DNA from: Octopus vulgaris | Lineage: Eukaryota | Length of the DNA: 64,000 bases | Assembly: GCA_951406725.2 (NCBI GenBank) | Contig: OX597814.1 | Location: forward strand, 71,052,001 to 71,116,000 | Reading direction: 5' to 3' | Shown here: in pieces, positions 53,460 through 64,000 of the stretch | Numbering within the stretch: position 1 is the stretch's first letter | Layout: every line of letters starts with the position of its first letter | Position numbers and translations under genes: made by a program | Notes under the pieces: generated by a model | The model's database searches: none | What the model saw: only the letters and a program-made list of their open reading frames with translations | What the model was told of the DNA's origin: nothing

Positions 53460-54335
53460 TATATTGAGATATGAGAGGTAATGTGCCAAGAAGACCTATA
53501 GGTTTAATATATGCATGTGTATACATCTTCACATATATATATTCTTCAACTACTAAGCACTGACATATCCTCTAAGTAACCTAACCTATATTCGCAAATT
53601 CTTCATTCCACCATGTTACTACCCCTACCCCCTCTCTTTGCTCCTCACTTAGGCTCTGTCACTACATACTTGACACTCCTTTACTATTTACCCTTTCTTC
53701 TGTTTACACTCGCATATCTTTCTCTCTCTCTATCACAATCATCCCCCATTCCTTCTACCTGACACTCCTTTACTCTTTACACTCTCATATCTTTCTCTTT
53801 CTATCACCCTCACCTCCACATTCCTTCTATCAATTTATCGTGACTGACCACTAACTAGTACACTTTCCCTCACTTCATTTCTCCATTATCTCTCTCCTCG
53901 CTTTTTTTTCTTTTTTCCTTTCTTTTTCCTCTCTTCCTGTTTTTAATGTAACCTTACAAACACTTTCCCAACTTTTAAGTCACTTCAAAAACAACCCTCG
54001 ATTCAATAACACCGTTTACAAACTCTATGCTTGGAATGACCAATTTTAAATACTATTGGAACTTAATCGCAAGGTAAAGGAATCTTATATGTATACCATT
54101 CTGCCTAAATAATGGAACTGAAGATACAATATCCCTGCATATCTCACGTCTATTTACATTCCTTCACTTCAACTCTCTATTTCATATCTTATCTAGAATA
54201 ACTATTGCTTAACCATTTTCTCACACCGTCTCCGATGAAGGGATATATAAAACATCCCGGAAACAGCTGTAAGACCTTCTATTTATAAATGTTCTGAAAT
54301 CTTTACAGCCTCGGATTTTTATCTCATTCTGTTAA
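53460..54335 (+). mobile_element. Probable Penelope-like 3'UTR/pseudo-LTR between microsatellites
   Basis: Pyrimidine-rich tail ending in an HHR motif; no ORF evidence. Confidence 0.45.
54228..54275 (+). ncRNA. Type I hammerhead motif with palindromic stem III
   Basis: GUCU-CCGAUGA-A-GGGAU(auauaaaac)AUCCC-G-GAAA-CAGCUG-UA-AGAC. Confidence 0.7.
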
Positions 54336-54371
54336 TCTATCTATCTATCTATCTGTCTATCTATCTATCTG

Positions 54372-54448
<77 letters not shown>

Positions 54449-54796
54449 ATATATATATATATATATATACATATATATTCGTATTCTTATTCGTGTTATC
54501 ATTATTGTTTTTACGTATTTTTGTATTCTTAGTCGTGTAACATCGTCCGTTTTCCCGTCCTTGTTTTGTATACATTCGACGCTTTCTTCCAAGGAATCTA
54601 ATGCGCTTGGCTTAGATTTTCCTTTGGGACTGGCCAGGTCGGAGCAATCTCAAGATTAATCAGCCGAAATTGCGAGGATGATCCGGTTCTTGACTGAAGT
54701 TTGAAGGCTTCGAATGTCCCGTCCGTGTTTTTTGTATCGTCTTCTAAATGTTTTGCGTTCTTGTCCCAGTTTGTATCTTTTTACATGTACATATAC

Positions 54797-54869
<73 letters not shown>

Positions 54870-54870
<1 letters not shown>

Positions 54871-55738
54871 GAAATATGTTACGAAAAGAAAATATAAAAT
54901 ACACGTGGAAATGTAAAGGTAAAATATGAAAAATCAACGAAAATGCATATTGCAAATAGAAAAAGGCTGTTTATGACAGGTAGTGACAAATATATACATT
55001 TAGATTGACTGAAGTAGTAATACGAGTCATAAAGCCCATTATTGCGAGATGATTATAAGATGATAATAAAGTAAGAGAATAAAACGAACCAGTGGTTTAC
55101 GCCGCGAAGGCTATTCATCGTTTGAACGACACCAGTTAATATACGGTATCAAGTCTAATAGTTCCTGAGAAAAAAGATTATTTGTAAGGGAGGTAAGTAG
55201 TTCTGGAATTAGAGATGTGAGTGATGTAGGTAGTGTATAGGGTTTAGTGGTTTCAAGTGAAGAGTTAGTGGTATTCTGTATTGAGTTGTGTATTCATATT
55301 TAGTTGGGGGAGAAATTTATTGATGAAAAATGTCTCTTTATTCAGCCTTTGTTGCATTGTGGTGTTCTGTGAGCATTGGTAAAAGGGGAATATTTGGAAA
55401 TTGGGATTAAGATTCCTGGCGCATCTTTCTATGTGTTCACTCACTTTTAACTGTCTGTATTGTGGGTGACGGATTTGCTCTTTGTGAATGGTGATGTGAT
55501 TCTTTGACGGAGCGAAATTCCTGTTTGCCCAATATAAAGTTTACCACATCCTATGCATGTCATGACATAGATTACATTTGCTGAGGCGCAGGTGAAATTT
55601 CATTTGATCTTAAATATTTCTCCTTGTTTGAATTGGAATTCTGAACCCTCCCGAAGGTGGGGGCATGTTCCACAGTTAGAACGTCCACATTTTGTCACTT
55701 TTGGCTCAGTAGTTAGTGGGTAAGTCTAGCGCTGGTTG
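54870..55738 (-). mobile_element. Neptune-type Penelope-like 3' fragment (Zn-finger linker + GIY-YIG)
   Basis: KCGRSNCGTCPH..FTCASANVIYVMTCIGCGKLYIGQTG..VSEHIERC..ETFFINKFLPQLN. Confidence 0.85.
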
Positions 55739-55802
55739 TATTATATTATATCATATTATATTATATTATATTATATTATATTATATTATATTATATATGA
55801 TA

Positions 55803-55863
<61 letters not shown>

Positions 55864-56145
55864 GTAAGTTATGAGTTAGAAGTAATGTAACCGTCTAAGC
55901 GACAGATGTATCCAAAGGCACTCCTAGTATTATATCAGTATGTTATAAAGTATATGGTTGTAGGTAATTTAAAGGTAAAAACGTGGTTTACGTTCTGAGG
56001 ATGTCTATCTATTGCAACGAGGTAAATGTAGATTTAGCTTGATATACTGAAACAGCGGTAAACATACTCACATCGTTATTAAATGACTTTAAAACACTAA
56101 TGATCTACTTCTGACTGTTATTATTGCTCCATTTCTTATCGCTTT

Positions 56146-56245
<100 letters not shown>

Positions 56246-56282
56246 TGGATATATGCATATATATATATATATATGTGTGTAT

Positions 56283-56314
<32 letters not shown>

Positions 56315-56321
<7 letters not shown>

Positions 56322-57390
56322 GAAAGTCGGTGTGTGTTTGTTTGTGGCGTTGTTAGCTAACGCCTACATCGCTTTATTGATTTTGATGAAATTTGACTCG
56401 TGAGTAGAACTCATGTCTGGAATTCTCGTGACATACTTAGATTGTTGAAAAAATCGATAATACGGCTCCTGGAAGGGACCTTTATATCTACCTCATATAA
56501 CTAATTTTTTAACACCCAAGAGAAATAAACCATAGCACCTGCACAATCTTTTTTAAACACTCAAGGGAAATAACCCATACCACCTGCAGTTTTTAGCAAA
56601 GCGATCAATATTTGATTCTCACGATCAGCCGACTTAATTCTGCATTTCCCTACTCACAGTTTTGAACTGCTAAACATTATTATTGCACTTCCTTAATTTG
56701 AATCTTAAACATTAAAGACTTCATTCATACATTTCTATACATACATACGTTTTTGAATGCCCATTACTCCGATAATTCTGCATTTTTACAGTTACACTTT
56801 TTCCATGATAATAGATATTTTTTTTATCCCGCAACGTATTTGTAGTGGCTTCATACAGACATAGCGTGGATTCGTTCCTCGATTGTCAAATTTCACTTCA
56901 CACTTCAACACGATTTTTTCGCAGCAAAACTATAGTTTTTCTATGAATGACAGCAGTTATACATTTCCAATATGCCTTCGCTAAGCAGAATAATGTCTTT
57001 GCCACTTGACCCTTCTAACCTCTTCTAGGCCACCAGGGGCTGGAATGGAGATAACAGACCTCCAACGAAATCATTTGTTCTCAAAAATATGTCTGTCCTT
57101 CTGGCTGCTTTTCGATAGTTATAAAAACAAGAACTCCGTAAGCTAAAGGCAGTTACTGAGAGCGACCATCAGTGAGTGTGAACGTTATTATTGCACTTTC
57201 TTCAAACACTTCATTCATATATTTATATAAATAGAATCTCTCCCTCCTCCAGCTGACATATTTTTGTACTTTTCGTGACGGAAAATACATCTTTTGTGGC
57301 AGTTATAACGAAATTGATTTCTTATATCAGAGTAATAAGGCGTTTCAATAGAACATCTTTACACCCGGGAATTACCAGGTACACCAGCTA

Positions 57391-57391
<1 letters not shown>
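56315..57391 (+). mobile_element. Non-autonomous Helitron-like element
   Basis: 3' acccgggaattaccaggt imperfect hairpin + CTAG|t; 5' end obscured by microsatellite. Confidence 0.5.
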
Positions 57392-57459
<68 letters not shown>

Positions 57460-57665
57460 ATGAGGGGTTTAGTTCACTGGTGATCTAAACGAATAAGTGC
57501 TAAAATTGGTTATCTGTTAGGTTCCAAGTTCACAGCTGAGGCTGGAACTAGGGATCCGTATTTGGCAACCCTGTTAACAGGTATATATATATACATGTAT
57601 ATATAAATTTACATGTATATATATATGTTTATGTATATATATGTATATGTGTGTGTATATATATA

Positions 57666-57715
<50 letters not shown>

Positions 57716-58743
57716 CATACATACATACATACATACATACATACATACATACAGATATACATATATCTGGCACACTTTCGGTAGTTACTGTCTATATAAT
57801 TTCAGTTGGCTTTCTTCGACATATGACAATGATCGAACTGATCAAACATGTTGCTTAATGTGGTAGAACCCGAAACACTCTGGAGAAACAAACTCTTTTA
57901 CCATATGTCTGTATCTGCGGTTACTCAAGCATACACACATACATCACCAAATGTTCGTAGAAACACACATTTTACATGTTGAGATTACCGATTTATACTT
58001 GTTTATTTCAGTCACTAGTTTATAATCAATTCGGAGCCACCAGTTGTGGAAGAAGATTAAATAGATTAATCTTTTCAGTCTTAAATGAAATTATATGAAT
58101 TCTGCACAAAGAAGATAATTAATATATGCTGTCAGATAGGTGTGAACATTAATAACTGAAAAGTATATGGAAGCATTCTACAAAAATAGTAGAAAATTAT
58201 ATTTTTAACCAGTATTTCATATAACATTTTCATTGCCATAATAAAAGTATGAACTAGATAGATGGAAATGAATGACTAGATATAAATAAGAGAGTCATGT
58301 TGTCACTATTAGTGTAAGCTCGCCTATACATTTTATCTTTCTGTAGACGATAAACTAAATACCGGTCATGTACTAGAGTTAATTTAATCGATTACACTTC
58401 CCTTTGAGTGTTCTTGTGTGTAGAATACATTTCTTAAATTTCATTACTTAAATTTCTTAAATTATAATCGCGTTCCTACAAAAGGTACATAATGACACGA
58501 TTCTTTCAGTGGCTTGAAGTGTTAATAGGAGTTCAGAATTGGAAATGAAGTAATCATGGCTGCTACAGCTGTAGATAAAGAATTTATTTACTCAATTACA
58601 GTAATAAGTCTGTTTTAAGATGTATTTATTTACTTTAAATGCCGTGTTTTTTAAACAATTAATTTGCTCCTTTAGTTTGCTGCAAAACAAAAATTATCCA
58701 GTAGTATTTTGAAAATGTTAATAATACTAACATACTATACGCA

Positions 58744-58795
<52 letters not shown>

Positions 58796-59207
58796 GAAAG
58801 CTAATCTTTTAGGGGTTCTCCAACCAAGAACATTTAGTAGCCTGAGAGCGTTTAGATCTAATTTTAGATAGACGACAGGGTTATCTAGCTCTCGATAATA
58901 GAGAAGTATATCACAGATAAACTTTTCACGAGAATAGATAAGTTGGACACTGTAGGCCAACGAGACACCAGAAATGCTAGAGTGTTCTATTTGGTTTTAC
59001 CTACAGTACTCTAAGGTACAGAGTCGCATACATGGGCAGACAGAAGCACCTTTGACAGAACCATCGATCCGTCGATTGAGTGCGTGGTACACTATCCACT
59101 CAGACATCTAAATATTTCCATATTAACACCTACGCAAATGCACACGTATGTGTGTGTGTATACGTGTGTGTGCGTGCTGTATGTGTGTGTTGTGTGTGTG
59201 TGTGTGT

Positions 59208-59238
<31 letters not shown>

Positions 59239-59274
59239 CATGTATGTATTCACTGTGTAGGAATAAGTTAAGTA

Positions 59275-61301
59275 CAGTGATACCTCGCTGTACGAGTTTA
59301 ATTCGTTACAAATCAATTTTCCATTAATTTCGTAATTAACTAAAAACCACCCAAAGATAATTTTTTATGAGTTTTAAAACAGAAAAGGTGTATAAAAAAG
59401 AGAATGCATAAGAAATATGTAAACTGGTTTTATTAATTGAATAATCTCAAAGACTCATGCGTGAGGAAGGCGATAGAGCGGAGAGGGGGAGGATTACTGT
59501 TTGAAATGAGAATCACCTTTCATTAAGACTTCACGAAAAACAATTTCTGGCGTTTTCTCTCTCACTTCGCTAAATTTAGGCTTTTGGGGCACACTTCCTT
59601 CACTTTTTACTCTCGCAGGTCGATTCATTAGAAACATATGAAGATAAGTCTGCTTTTCCTGCTATTTCAAAATGTTACAAAAATGCGCCAGAGCAGTGTC
59701 ATTAAATAAGCAGCTGCACGACCTGTAGCTACTATTTCAGGATTATATTTTTCTACAAATTCAGAAACATACTGCCACTTTGCCAACACTGCCTTTATGT
59801 CACTCGTAGAGATAGCATCCTCCGCTTCACTGTCCTCCGCTACACTGCCAGGCCATATCAATGATTTTTAGGCAGTTTATAATGCTGTTGTGCTCCTTTC
59901 AAAACTCACGAAGGGTTTGATTTGTATTTTCGACGACTTCAAAGCACCGACGAAATAGGTTTTTGATGCACAATTTCTTAAAATTAGAAATCACCAGTTG
60001 GTCCATAGGCTGAAGGGTAGGGGTGGTATTGTGTGAAAGGTACATATCTTTTATAAATAGAAATTCGTTCAGGATATCATCTTCGTGGTTAGGAGGGTGA
60101 GCAGCAGCATAGTCGAGGATGAGGAGGGACTTAAGAGGAAGATTGTTCTCCAGAAGGTGCTTTTTCACTGCTGGTTGACCCACCCGGAGGACAATTGCCC
60201 GGTGACCCAGGCTTTAGCGTTTGCCCTCCATATGACCTGTAGCTTCACCTTCAGGATTTTGTGCGACTTGAACACTCGTGGATTTTCGGAATGGTAAACA
60301 AGAAGCAGCTTAATCTTCAAGTCTCCACTCACTTTGGCACAAAGGATGAGAGTTAGCCCATCTTTCATAGACTTGTGACCTGGCACTTTCTTTCCTGCAG
60401 TTATGTAGGTTCTTCTGGGCATTTTCCCCCCAAAACGGCCAGTTTCATCACAGATGATGATGTACCTGTTATGCTATGTACCGCTCAGATGCGACGAGCT
60501 GCAGGAGTTCACGCACGAAATCTTTAGCTGCCTTCGTGTCAGAACTCGCTGCTTCTCCATACCTGACGACACTATGAACACCAGTCCTCTTCTTGGAATT
60601 ATCAAACCAGCTGCAACTGGCCTTAAGTGCATCTGCTGATGTTTCCTCCGTCGATGTTCCAGAGTTCGGCGTCAGGAGATCCCCATACAGCGCTCGTGCT
60701 TTCTCGCAGATGCTGGTCTCCGTAATCGTATCCCCTGCGAGTTGCTTCTCGTTGAGAAGCAATTTTTCCATATTTTCGTGGACAGATGTGCGTTGCTTAG
60801 AGAGCCTGGAGACACTCTTTGTTGCGGTAACAGCTTTGATCTCGTCCTTTTTTCTTCAGGGTGGTGCAGATCGTCGACGTGCTGACGTTTCATACCACTA
60901 CACGCACTCCTCTCTCATGTTTATCAAAGATTTCCTTCTTCAATTCTATCGTAATCAGCTTTTTCTTCTCAGCACTGTCCTTTGCACTAACATTCTTAGG
61001 ACCCATGGCTAGCACAACTAATTATTATAAAATAATAGCAAAAATTGCTGAAAGGTAAACAAAAGCACTGGGAAAAACACAACAGGGATGCCGCCACGGG
61101 ATACACACTTGAACCGAGCGAGCGGAGACTGCACCTGTTGGGAGAGCATGTACGAGCTCAGCACCAACTTGCAGTCGCTTGTATGAAACTCGCTCGTACC
61201 GCAGATTTCCGCTCGTACTTCAAGACAAATATTCGCACGAGCCTTGGCTCGTACAGCAAATTACTCGTACAAAGATACAATAGTACTGCGAAGTTCTACT
61301 G
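59275..61301 (-). mobile_element. Tigger/pogo transposon, decayed
   Basis: TA|cagtgatacctcg..cgaagttctactg|TA; transposase from ATG at 61006 (MGPK..ITIELKKEI), ICEKARALY, DETG, GHKSMKD.LT, LLILD, NTT..LQPMDQ.VI. Confidence 0.9.
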
Positions 61302-61414
61302 TACATTAAAAAAATGAAAGTGTATTGCAATGCGGTGTACGAACGAGTGTAAATTTGGTGCAAGAGAACAGTGACAAGAGCGAGTGATTAAAAAAGAAAG
61401 AATGAAAGAAAGAA

Positions 61415-61741
61415 TGTTATAATGTGGATATTCGTCCACTTGTATATTGTTGTGGGCACTAATGTGCTTGTCGCCATTAATACGTCGTGGCGGTATTCGG
61501 CGTCTTATTATCTTTGACTCGTCTATCGTGCTATCACTGATAGCTCCGCAAGACAATGACTTTGAAGCGTCTACCTTCACGGTAACTCGAACTCGTATAT
61601 ATCACGTAACTGGCACCGACTCCAACTAAGAAATCACACGACTATACTACTACTGACCTCCTACAACAACTGACTGTCTGATTTTATAGTGGCTGTCATA
61701 CTACTTTGTCACGTGGGAAGGAGTGTACCATTTTCACTACA
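61415..61741 (-). repeat. 3' LTR of the Gypsy element (TG..CA)
   Basis: Minus strand PPT aaaaggggaga directly before tgtagtgaaaatgg; putative end ..cacattataaca. Confidence 0.65.
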
Positions 61742-63160
61742 TCTCCCCTTTTAGTATTTTGTTCTTTGTTCTTTCATTCACCCCTCCTCCCTTTTTAGCA
61801 TCCCCCCATTTAATATTTCTTCTTTTTGGCGTCTATTTGTAGGAACTGTGTTCTTCCTTTTTCTTCCACTTGTACGCATGGGTACAAAACCCTCTGTAAC
61901 GGTGTTGGTACCTGGAATGTGTCATGGGTTCTTTCAATGTATCTCGCTTATTTTCTATTAATCTCTTCAATAACTTTCTGTCTCTTTTTTTCAATACCTT
62001 TACTGCTTTTAATTCCGTACTTTGTAATTTTTCCTTCCCAGTATTGTTTTCTGTTTTTATACAACCTCATGTACACCTTATCACTAATTTTGAATAATTT
62101 TGGATAGTCTTTCCTGATATTTTTTCTTTCCTCGTCAGATAACAGTTTATCAAAAACTAATTTCACCTTTCTCGCGAACATTAGTTGAGCTGGAATTGCT
62201 GCAGAGCGACTTCGTCTGCAACTTTGCTTGCTTTTATCAATGCTCTTTTTAAAATGTCCACAAAACCTTCTGCCTGTCTATTTGATCTGGGATGGTAAGG
62301 TGTTATCGTTTTATGTTCTACCGTTGAACATTTCGCAAAATTTTCTAAATTCACAGGACACAAATTGCATTCCATTATCAGATACAATCACGTCCGGGAT
62401 GCCAAATCTTGCGAATAATTCGGGCAAAACATTTATTACCGTTGCGGAGATTGGTCTTTTGCACTTAATAATTTCCGACCATTTTGTAAAACTATCAATT
62501 ACTACTAAGTAGTAATAACCATTTAACGGACCCGCAAAATCGATGTGTAGTCTTGACCATGGACTTTTTACTTCTGGCCAAGGTTCCCTTTATGAGAAGG
62601 CAATTTCGCTGCAAGAGCACATCTTCCGCAGCCTTTTACTATGTTTTCAACTTCCCTGTCCATCTTCGGCCAATACACATAACTGTGCATAATTGATTTC
62701 ATCTTTGCGATGCCCGGATGTCTAATATGGTATTCTTTCAACATTCTTTTTGTAGTGTCTCAGGTATCATTACCCTTTCGCCATACATCAGTACGTCGTC
62801 GCATGTTGAGCAAATGTTTACCTCTTGTCGTTTTTTCTTACCGAACCTTTTTCTGTTTTCTTTCGCTGACCACAGAATTTTTTTTTTATTCACTAATGAA
62901 CTTTTCCTTCGACACGTGTCGCTTTATCTCCTCAGACTTATTGGTAACTCTCGTACAATTTTCCACGTTATGTATTTAATTTTCCCTTCGGTGATTAGGG
63001 CTGCTGTTACTGTGTCCTCGAATGGTTCGTCATTTCTGAGTATTAACTTGGATAGGCCGTTAGCATATCCTAGCTTTTTCGAAGGTAAATATCACATTGC
63101 GTAGTCGTAATTTAGTAGTATGGTGTCCCATTACTGCAACATGCTTGCTGTATGTATCCT
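61742..63160 (-). mobile_element. Gypsy integrase region; second copy of the 35500-36890 sequence
   Basis: Near-identical ORFs (MF.RKVKLVFDKLLSDEERKNIRKDYPK; CSTVEHKTITPYH). Confidence 0.9.
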
Positions 63161-64000
63161 CCGATCTCTAACAAATATATGTTTTTAAACACTACCTAAA
63201 TGAATTTCAGTTCTATGTATGAGTGCTATTCAATAATTAATACTGTAGTTTATTATCCCATAGCTCTTTGACCGATACTGAATTACATTGTTAGTTTTAA
63301 AAAGTCATTGAAACATTGTAACTATAATAACAAACCAACACCACTACCACCGCCACCACAAACAACAATAGAATACTTCAAATAAACAAGCTGTTAGCAG
63401 CTAGGATCTGCCCGGTCGCCTCAGTGATATATGATTGATAGTTTCAGGAGCTTTTAATGCCATATGAAACTAATGCTAGCATTGTTTATTGCATGTTTCA
63501 CCTCCATATGCTGATGTCGTCGTCGTTGTTATTGTTGACGATGATGTCTGAGTGTAGTTAGCCTGTGTTTTGAATATAGCTGAGATAGTAGAAGATAGAC
63601 TAAATTAGATTTCTTCATTGGTTCTTTTCTTTTCTTTTCTTTTCTTTTATTCTGCTCGGTTCTGAGTTCTGAGCTCGTCGAAGTCGACATTTTCCTGCCA
63701 CTGGTATCGATAAATTAGTTGCCAGTATTTTACATTGTGCTCATTACAACCCACTTCATTTTGCTTTACAAATAATATTAAAAACAAGTAATTATTTTCT
63801 CCTACATTCTTTACTCTATCATTATCTATTGTAAGTACCTGCAAAAACCAATATAAATCAATGTACTATAACCTCTTTCTTGGTGCCAGGCAAATGTTTT
63901 AGTCTAGAAAGGTATAACAACGAAAACAAAAGTCGTTTTGCTTCAAATTCTGTTTTGCTCTACCCACTCTCCTGACAACAAATACTGGTTTTATGCCAAG

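Noticed and set aside
55082-55135. Possible HHR in the Neptune-type 3'UTR (cgatga..gcc-ttcgc-ggc..taaacc)
   Set aside because: GAAA and stem I are not intact; too degenerate to call.

Overview
AT-rich, repeat-saturated animal genomic DNA with no convincing host protein-coding exon. The mix of (TA)n/(TACA)n/(AAT)n microsatellites and two abundant tRNA-headed SINE families resembles an Octopus/coleoid cephalopod intergenic or intronic region; this taxon call is inference. Almost all listed ORFs are microsatellite artefacts. The real coding remnants are decayed transposons: Penelope-like elements (GIY-YIG; at least 4-5 relics, several with inverted pseudo-LTRs), Dong/R4- and HERO-type REL LINEs, RTE-like fragments, two related Gypsy copies with no visible RT, three mariners, a Tigger/pogo, a piggyBac, a hAT and several non-autonomous Helitrons. 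The most notable signal is non-coding: many type-I hammerhead ribozyme (HHR) motifs from several unrelated repeat families. The best case is a ~500-bp palindromic element (1551-2057) made of a tRNA-like Pol III head, an (AAT)n linker and a minimal HHR, a candidate Penelope-mobilised SINE/retrozyme. All motifs were read by eye; repeat boundaries are approximate unless a terminal motif is quoted.
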